64,000 nt of DNA, taken from the NCBI GenBank assembly GCA_000092065.1, contig CP000593.1; one strand, 5' to 3'. The translations under genes and the position numbers were made by a program. Below the pieces are notes generated by a model. The model was given only the letters and a program-made list of their open reading frames with translations. It searched no databases and was not told where the DNA came from. Positions 58,391-64,000 of the stretch are shown piece after piece. The stretch's first letter is position 1; every line of letters begins with the position of its first letter. The stretch is from Ostreococcus lucimarinus. Taxonomy: Eukaryota.

Positions 58391-59629
58391 TCACTTCTTC
58401 GACGTGAACGGGTTGGAGAAAGAATTAAACGCGTTCTTCAGAGCGCTTGTATCGATGGTCGGCATCGCGAATCCGCTCGACGAAGCGCCGCCCGAAGGTT
58501 CTTCTGCTTCCTTTACTGTTACCGACGGCAACGTGAGCGCGCAATACGCCGCCTCTCGAGCGGCGATCAAAGCTTTGACTTCGTCCGCCTCTTGCTGATG
58601 ACGCACCACCACTTTTTCAAACGCCGATTTGGCGGCTAAATATTCCTTTTCAAACCGCATCAAATCGTCCCGCTTCTTCGACATCTTCGTCTCGATCTCG
58701 TGAATTTTCGATGGTTCGAGAACGGCGCCGTCGCTAGTCTTTGTGCCGACGACGAAAATTTCGAACTCAAACTTGCACTTGTCGAAAAAGTTGTCGCCGT
58801 ACACTCCGAACACGTGCTCTCCCGGCGATATGCTCACGCACTCCCTCGGCGTCCAATTATCGAGCGCGTGGAACATCGCCAAATCTCGCGATTCCAATTT
58901 GCTCATCTTTATCAACTCGAATGGTTCGTAGTTGTAACTCTTGTGCCCCGTGAAGTAAAATCCCGCGTGCGACCGCTTCGGCTTGACGGAATCAAACTTC
59001 GCGCTCACCTCTTGTAACGAAAGCTCCAGTCCCCCATCCCCGTTCGACGCGCGATCAAACTTTAAAAGCTTAAACTTATCCCCGCTCGGCGACGTCGCGC
59101 TCACCACCACCCCTCGCCTCACGTCTTCCTCGCTGAGCGCGCATCGAAACAATCGAATCTCTCCCTTTCTCGCGCTCTCGCTCAATTTACACCCCATCGT
59201 CGCGTCCACCACGCCGCCGGTCGTTTCTCCTCGTCGCACCGCCTCCAGCGCTTTCACCGGCACCGCCGTCTTGATGTTCACGCCCAACGAACTGATGACG
59301 CTCGCCACGAGCGTGTTCGCGAAGCCAACCTCGCTGATGTCGATCTCCGTCTCCAGCGCGTCGCGCGCGTCCTCGCCTTCGACGCCTCCGCTCGCATCGT
59401 ACGCCGCGCGTCGCTCGGCGTCGCCGAGGATCTTGTACGCCATCGCGACGCGCTTGAACGCGCGCGAATCACCGTCGTTCTTGTCGGGATGCGTCGCGAG
59501 CGCCATGCGTCGGTACGCGGATTTCACGCGCGCCGCGTCGATGGACGCGCGCTCGGCGGCGTCGAGACCGAGCGCGGCGTACGCATCGAACGGTGGGGTC
59601 GCGGCGGGGGCGTCGTCGGAGGGCGACAT
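58391..59629 (-). CDS. DnaJ (J-domain) protein with a non-canonical C-terminal domain
   Basis: ATG is the complement of 59627-59629. N-terminal J domain is DAYAALGLDAAERASIDAARVKSAYRRMALATHPDKNDGDSRAFKRVAMAYKILGDAERRAAYD, with the HPD motif. The C-terminal roughly 300 aa has no DnaJ CTD or Zn-finger repeats. Confidence 0.75.
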   Translation of the reverse strand: MSPSDDAPAATPPFDAYAALGLDAAERASIDAARVKSAYRRMALATHPDKNDGDSRAFKRVAMAYKILGDAERRAAYDASGGVEGEDARDALETEIDISEVGFANTLVASVISSLGVNIKTAVPVKALEAVRRGETTGGVVDATMGCKLSESARKGEIRLFRCALSEEDVRRGVVVSATSPSGDKFKLLKFDRASNGDGGLELSLQEVSAKFDSVKPKRSHAGFYFTGHKSYNYEPFELIKMSKLESRDLAMFHALDNWTPRECVSISPGEHVFGVYGDNFFDKCKFEFEIFVVGTKTSDGAVLEPSKIHEIETKMSKKRDDLMRFEKEYLAAKSAFEKVVVRHQQEADEVKALIAAREAAYCALTLPSVTVKEAEEPSGGASSSGFAMPTIDTSALKNAFNSFSNPFTSKK

Positions 59630-59699
59630 CGCGGACGCGGCGACGAGTGCGGCGCGCGCGCGGGCGCGGGCGCGGGGCTACGGGTCGTATGGTATAACA

Positions 59700-60554
59700 T
59701 CAATTCTCGCGCGACGCGACGACGTGTCGCTTCTGGTCTTGTTTCTCGCGAATGAACTCGCGAATATCTTTCCCAGTGCCTAATTTCACGACGACGCCGT
59801 CCTCCATGTACGCCGCGCCGTCCGCGAACTCTAACTCTTCTAACCGGTGCGTCACCCAAAGCGCGGTGACGCGACCGTCGCTCTCGTCCACGGCGCGGCG
59901 CACCGCCTCTATCACCCCTCGCTGATCGGCCTCGTCTAAAAATGTCGTCAACTCGTCTAACAGCAACAGCTCGGGCTCCTCCACGAGCGCGCCCGCGATG
60001 GCGACGCGTTGTTTCTGCCCCCCGCTCAGCGTCGCCACCTGTCGCTCAAACGCGTCGTCGTCCGTTAAATTCACCGTTCGCAGCGCTCGCACGACGCGTT
60101 CGCGGACGTCGTCTTCGCTCAGAGTGTGATCATTGCCCAATCCAAACCCGACGTCCGCGCCGACGGTCGGCATGATGACTTGATGATCGGGATTTTGAAA
60201 CACGAACGCCTTGCGCTCGGGCGCCTCGAGCGCGCCCGCGTCCGTCTTCACCAGTCCCGCCAGCGCTCGCAGCAGCGTGCTCTTACCGCACCCGTTCGGG
60301 CCGAGCAGCATGAACAACGTGCCTCGAGGCACGCGCAGGGACGCGCCGCGGAGCGCGCGGACGACGCCGTCGGCGTCACCGCGCGGAAACGTGACGCAGG
60401 CTTGGTTCACGTCGACGCCCCACGGCGACGCCGACGACGACGCCGACGACGCGCGCGGGATCGCGACGACGCGGGCGCGACGTCGAGGATGTCGTCGTCG
60501 CGACGTGGACGACGCGCGCGGTCGAGCGGACGCGGACGACGCCGCGGCGCGCAT
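59700..60554 (-). CDS. ABC-transporter ATP-binding protein (ECF/CbiO-like, plant ABCI-type) with an N-terminal targeting-like peptide
   Basis: Walker A is LLGPNGCGKSTLLRALAGL. ABC signature is LSGGQKQRVAIAGALV. Walker B is LLLLDELTTFLD. The H-loop is LWVTHRLEEL. Start is taken at the ATG complementary to 60552-60554, because the ORF-track start at 60926 would overlap the 3' end of the upstream TAF6 CDS. Confidence 0.85.
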   Translation of the reverse strand: MRAAASSASARPRASSTSRRRHPRRRARVVAIPRASSASSSASPWGVDVNQACVTFPRGDADGVVRALRGASLRVPRGTLFMLLGPNGCGKSTLLRALAGLVKTDAGALEAPERKAFVFQNPDHQVIMPTVGADVGFGLGNDHTLSEDDVRERVVRALRTVNLTDDDAFERQVATLSGGQKQRVAIAGALVEEPELLLLDELTTFLDEADQRGVIEAVRRAVDESDGRVTALWVTHRLEELEFADGAAYMEDGVVVKLGTGKDIREFIREKQDQKRHVVASREN

Positions 60555-60660
60555 CGGCGCGGAGGCGGCGTGTGCGGCGCGCGGCGGCGAGGAGGCGAGG
60601 CGAACGCGTCGATTTAAAAGTCTACCGAGACGCACTGCTATCGATACCGGGCGAGTGTCA

Positions 60661-62178
60661 TCACACGTGCGTCTCCGAAGCCGCGATGTTCGGGGCGTGC
60701 GCGCTGGCGACGTCGCCCAGGGCGTCGGTGTCGTCGTCTGGGGTCGAGCCGCGGCGAGCGCGACGGCTTCGCACGAGCGCGGGCGCCTTGGGGACGACGG
60801 CGGATTTCGCCGCGGGTTCAGCCTTCTTGGCGGCGTCTTTGCCTGATTTCGACGCACGTTTCGTCGGTGACGCGGGCTCGGTGACTTCGTCGCCGTCGGC
60901 GGTGTCTTTTTCGAATCTATCGCCATCTTGGGTTCTGTGCCAACGCATGAGTTGGTCGGCGAGACGGGATTCGCGAGCGCGGTCTTCGGCGACGCCGACT
61001 TCGTCTTGAACGCACGCGCCGACGGCGTCTTGTAAGGCGCCCATGACGCGCTGAGCGTCGCTATGACGAATCACCGCGAGCTTAGCTTTGGCGATCGCGG
61101 TGTTTCGCTCTTCATCGCTCATTTTTTCGAGCGAGCTCGGGTCGTTCGGCGTCGGCGGTTCGAGCAACGGCTCGAGCGTGTTCAAGTACGAGCGCAAGTT
61201 GGGCATCACCGTCTCTCGCACGACCTTGGGACCGAGAGCGTGCAAGCCTCGAATCGCGCCGTAGTGCGTGGTCATTGGTTTGGTATCCAATAACGCCCGC
61301 AACAACGTGCGCGTGATCCTAGGTCGAATGCTTGGATAGGCGTCGCCGAACTTGCCGCAAATGAACGCCATGGTGTACGCCGCGTCGTCTCGCAGCGACC
61401 AGTGGTCTTCGTCCAAATTTTGACATAAACGCTTCGCCACCACGCACGTCACCACGCTCGGCATGAGCTGGTGTAAATACAGCTCCACGTTTATGTCGGG
61501 GTTGGAAATTAACGCCCGAATCATCTGAATCAACACTCGCAACCGCGGCAAATCCCTCAGGTTTTGCGTCGTCTCCTCGGTGATGAACTGCGTAAAGTAA
61601 GGCATCAAATTGTGCAGACCGACGTCCGCGCTCAGCGATCGCAGCGCGGTGGAGAGCAATTCAACTTCACGGTCGCTCGCATCGGCGCGTCCAGCCTGTC
61701 GAATCAGCGCCGTGACCTTGTCGAAATAAAACTGCAATTCCCGGCTCAGCGTGTGCGACACCACGGGTAACAATCCTCCCGCGTCCGGATCCCCACCATT
61801 CTCTTTCGCCCCCATCGCTCGCGGCCGCGGCCGTTTCATCCCACGCGGAGGTTCGATCGCCACCGGTTCCGCCGCGGGCACCATCGGGTTCTCTGGAATC
61901 ATCGGCTGCACTCCCTCCACCGCCAACCAGTGCGGCACCAAGTTCACCTCGATCGGCGGTCTCGGCAACTTCCTCGTCAGCAATTCCCGCATGTCGATCT
62001 CTCGGTCCTCCACGTAAAACACATCCGGATCCTCGCGCGTCTGTTTATATTCATAATCGCTCGTTCCCGCCCCGAATCCATACAGCGGTTCGCAATTTCT
62101 CAATCGCAGCGCCGCGTTGACGTCCTGCGCGCGTTCGATCGACGTCGTCGTCGTCCGATTCGTCAGTCCGTCGTCCAT
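60661..62178 (-). CDS. TAF6: TFIID subunit TAF6-like
   Basis: ATG is the complement of 62176-62178. The conserved TAF6 C-terminal HEAT-repeat domain is LHNLMPYFTQFITEE...NLRDLPRLRVLIQMIRALISNPDINVELYLHQLMPSVVTCVVAKRLC. The C-terminal tail is Ala/Lys-rich. Confidence 0.65.
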   Translation of the reverse strand: MDDGLTNRTTTTSIERAQDVNAALRLRNCEPLYGFGAGTSDYEYKQTREDPDVFYVEDREIDMRELLTRKLPRPPIEVNLVPHWLAVEGVQPMIPENPMVPAAEPVAIEPPRGMKRPRPRAMGAKENGGDPDAGGLLPVVSHTLSRELQFYFDKVTALIRQAGRADASDREVELLSTALRSLSADVGLHNLMPYFTQFITEETTQNLRDLPRLRVLIQMIRALISNPDINVELYLHQLMPSVVTCVVAKRLCQNLDEDHWSLRDDAAYTMAFICGKFGDAYPSIRPRITRTLLRALLDTKPMTTHYGAIRGLHALGPKVVRETVMPNLRSYLNTLEPLLEPPTPNDPSSLEKMSDEERNTAIAKAKLAVIRHSDAQRVMGALQDAVGACVQDEVGVAEDRARESRLADQLMRWHRTQDGDRFEKDTADGDEVTEPASPTKRASKSGKDAAKKAEPAAKSAVVPKAPALVRSRRARRGSTPDDDTDALGDVASAHAPNIAASETHV

Positions 62179-62532
62179 CGGTCCATCCCGCGTCGATCGC
62201 GCGCGCGTCTCGTCATCGTCGTCGTTCGCATCGCGTCTTCGCGCGCGTCTTCGCGCGCACCTCGGCCGAGAGCGTCGTTCGTTTCGACGCCCGCATGCAT
62301 TTCATCGCGTCTTGAAACACCTGTCGCAGCCGGTACTCGCAATCGCTCGCCAGCGCGCGCGCGGCGTCGGCGTCCACGGGCGGCGCGCCGATCGTCGCCG
62401 CGATCGCGCGCACGGAATCGACGTGCACGCGGCTCGGCGCGCTCATCGTCGACGATCGATTCGATTCGCGGCGCGATGTGACGCGCACTCGTCGTGGTTT
62501 TCGCGACACAGCGCGACGCGGCGGCGCGCGGG
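62179..62532. promoter_or_regulatory. Putative bidirectional promoter between TAF6-like (-) and PhyH-like (+)
   Basis: Head-to-head arrangement with about 350 bp between them. Positional inference only. Confidence 0.25.
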
Positions 62533-63723
62533 ATGGGCGCGCGAGACGCGGCGTCGCCCGTGCGCTCGCTCGACGTCGCGCGCGCGCGCGCGACGTGGAC
62601 GGCGCTGGACGAGGCGATTCGAGGCGACGCCGGCGCGTGGACGTTCGACGACGACGACGACGACGCGCGCGCGACGACGAGCGGACGCGAAGAGCGCGAC
62701 GCCGGTGATGCGATTCGCGCGCTCGGGTACGCGATCGTGCCGCGATGCGCGAACCGAGCGCTGGCGAGGCGAGTGGCGACGCTCGCGCGCGGGTTGGCGG
62801 CGCGAGGCCTGGATCCGACGTACGTTTTCGTGTACGAGGACGCGTGGACGCTGTTGCGAACGATAGAAACGGCGTGCAAAAGTCGAGGATGCTTTGGTGG
62901 GTTAATCATGAATTACGACGTGCTGGCGTGGTGCGTGGATCCGGTGAGCGATGGGGAGGCGACGACGGCGTTTTGTCCGCACCGGGATCGACAGCCGGAC
63001 GACTCGCCGGGATCGTTTTCGGAGAATGGGGACGCGAAGTACGCCACAGCGTGGGTCGCGTTGGCGAATGATGCGACGCCGGAGAATTCGTGTTTGTACT
63101 GCGTGCCGAGACCGCACGATCCGGGTTATTACGACGGCGATGATGACGACGCGAACGCGAAGGATCCCTTGAGCGTGGCCTTGGACTCAAAAAAAGCGTT
63201 TCAATACGTTCGCGCGTTGCCGTGTAAAGCGGGCGATGGCGTGGTTTTCACCCATCGGTTGATACATTGGGGATCGATAGGCGAGGGGCGCGAGGACAGG
63301 CCGAGGATTAACATCAGTTTTGGATTCGCCTGCGAAAGCTTTGAACCGGCGTACCTGACGAGTCGCTCGCGCGTGCCCAGTTTCGACGAACGACTTGCCC
63401 TCGTCGCAGGGCAGTTGATATGCTATCACGAAAGGTTTCCACCGAACGCGAAAGAACTTGGTGTGTTGAAGAAGCTATTCGACGGCATGAAGTCGAGCTT
63501 CGACGACGCGTACGTTCGAAAGGTGAATAAAGAATTCGCAAACGCCGCGCTGCGCGGCGAGAACGACGACGAGGTCGAAGAAGACGCGCTCGACGCCATG
63601 CTCGACGCCGCCGATGATTTTGACGACGATTTTGATGATTTTGAAGATGGCGTCGAAGGTGATGCGTACGGACGAGTCGCCGACGGAGATGACGCTCTGG
63701 CGAAACGATCGAAAAGGAAGTGA
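62533..63723 (+). CDS. Phytanoyl-CoA dioxygenase (PhyH)-family Fe(II)/2-oxoglutarate oxygenase-like protein
   Basis: First ATG is at 62533, because the ORF-track start at 62494 is GTG. A candidate 2-His-1-carboxylate triad and distal His are present (..AFCPHRDRQPDD.., ..VVFTHRLIHWGS..), and the overall length is PhyH-like. This is a family-level call only. Confidence 0.55.
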   Translation: MGARDAASPVRSLDVARARATWTALDEAIRGDAGAWTFDDDDDDARATTSGREERDAGDAIRALGYAIVPRCANRALARRVATLARGLAARGLDPTYVFVYEDAWTLLRTIETACKSRGCFGGLIMNYDVLAWCVDPVSDGEATTAFCPHRDRQPDDSPGSFSENGDAKYATAWVALANDATPENSCLYCVPRPHDPGYYDGDDDDANAKDPLSVALDSKKAFQYVRALPCKAGDGVVFTHRLIHWGSIGEGREDRPRINISFGFACESFEPAYLTSRSRVPSFDERLALVAGQLICYHERFPPNAKELGVLKKLFDGMKSSFDDAYVRKVNKEFANAALRGENDDEVEEDALDAMLDAADDFDDDFDDFEDGVEGDAYGRVADGDDALAKRSKRK

Positions 63724-64000
63724 TAGTCGATTGAGAGGACGAGCGTGTGTTGGATAGCGCGTGTAATGAATAGATTTCGGCGTCTTTGTAACTGTGAAAT
63801 TATTACAACGACGCGTGTCACACTTGACTGTGGGAGTGTCACGTCTACGCGAGACGCAAAACGAGGTCTTGAATTGATTGATGCGCGTCGAAAAACAACG
63901 CAAAGGGCTTTTCGTCGACGCCCGAAGGCGTCAGTGGAAAGCTCGTCTGAACGGATGAACTTGGTTTGAAAATGTCGGCTTTTAAAACTCGCCTCATCTT

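Noticed and set aside
1-64000. Prokaryotic-style features: operons, RBS, rho-independent terminators, CRISPR arrays, IS elements, prophage, rRNA/tRNA.
   Set aside because: None seen. Gene content and architecture are eukaryotic nuclear, with long single-exon genes, divergent promoters and organellar targeting peptides. The many CG-rich palindromes are a compositional property, not terminators or CRISPR repeats.

Overview
This window reads as eukaryotic nuclear DNA, not prokaryotic or viral. It is extremely GC-rich and CG-dinucleotide-dense, and it contains no operons, rRNA, tRNA or CRISPR that I can detect. Genes are large, mostly single-exon and tightly packed on both strands, often as head-to-head pairs separated by only a few hundred bp.

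The gene content is typical of a photosynthetic protist or alga. The high GC, intron poverty and the GCPW-type ankyrin repeats are reminiscent of a pelagophyte or stramenopile such as Aureococcus, but that is an inference, not a demonstrated identity. Recognisable genes include:
- a presequence protease (PreP, M16C family);
- an AKR2-like ankyrin/STI1 protein;
- a thylakoid-type pentapeptide-repeat protein;
- an MLO 7TM protein;
- a CAS1 O-acetyltransferase-domain protein;
- a plant/AKT-type K+ channel with a cyclic-nucleotide-binding domain (CNBD) and ankyrin repeats, and a second Kv-type K+ channel;
- SPT6, TAF6 and a SWI3-like SWIRM/ZZ/SANT protein;
- meiotic SPO11;
- an EMC1-like protein, a PRMT and a TrhO-like rhodanese;
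- a UDP-sugar pyrophosphorylase-family enzyme and a hydroxylysine-kinase-like APH kinase;
- an ABC ATPase, a DnaJ protein, an AlgH/DUF179 protein and a PhyH-like dioxygenase.

The most interesting finding is a DsbA/FrnE-family thioredoxin-fold gene whose redox-active CxxC motif is encoded as TGA-P-W-C. The in-frame TGA sits exactly where the catalytic Cys belongs, so this is very probably a selenocysteine (UxxC) selenoprotein. A candidate SECIS-like element lies in the short 3' UTR.

Half the provided ORF track is long R/A/P-rich antisense or out-of-frame reading frames. These are expected by chance in DNA this GC-rich and are not called as genes. Many ORF-track 'M' starts are actually GTG/TTG, so I re-derived start codons from the sequence where possible.
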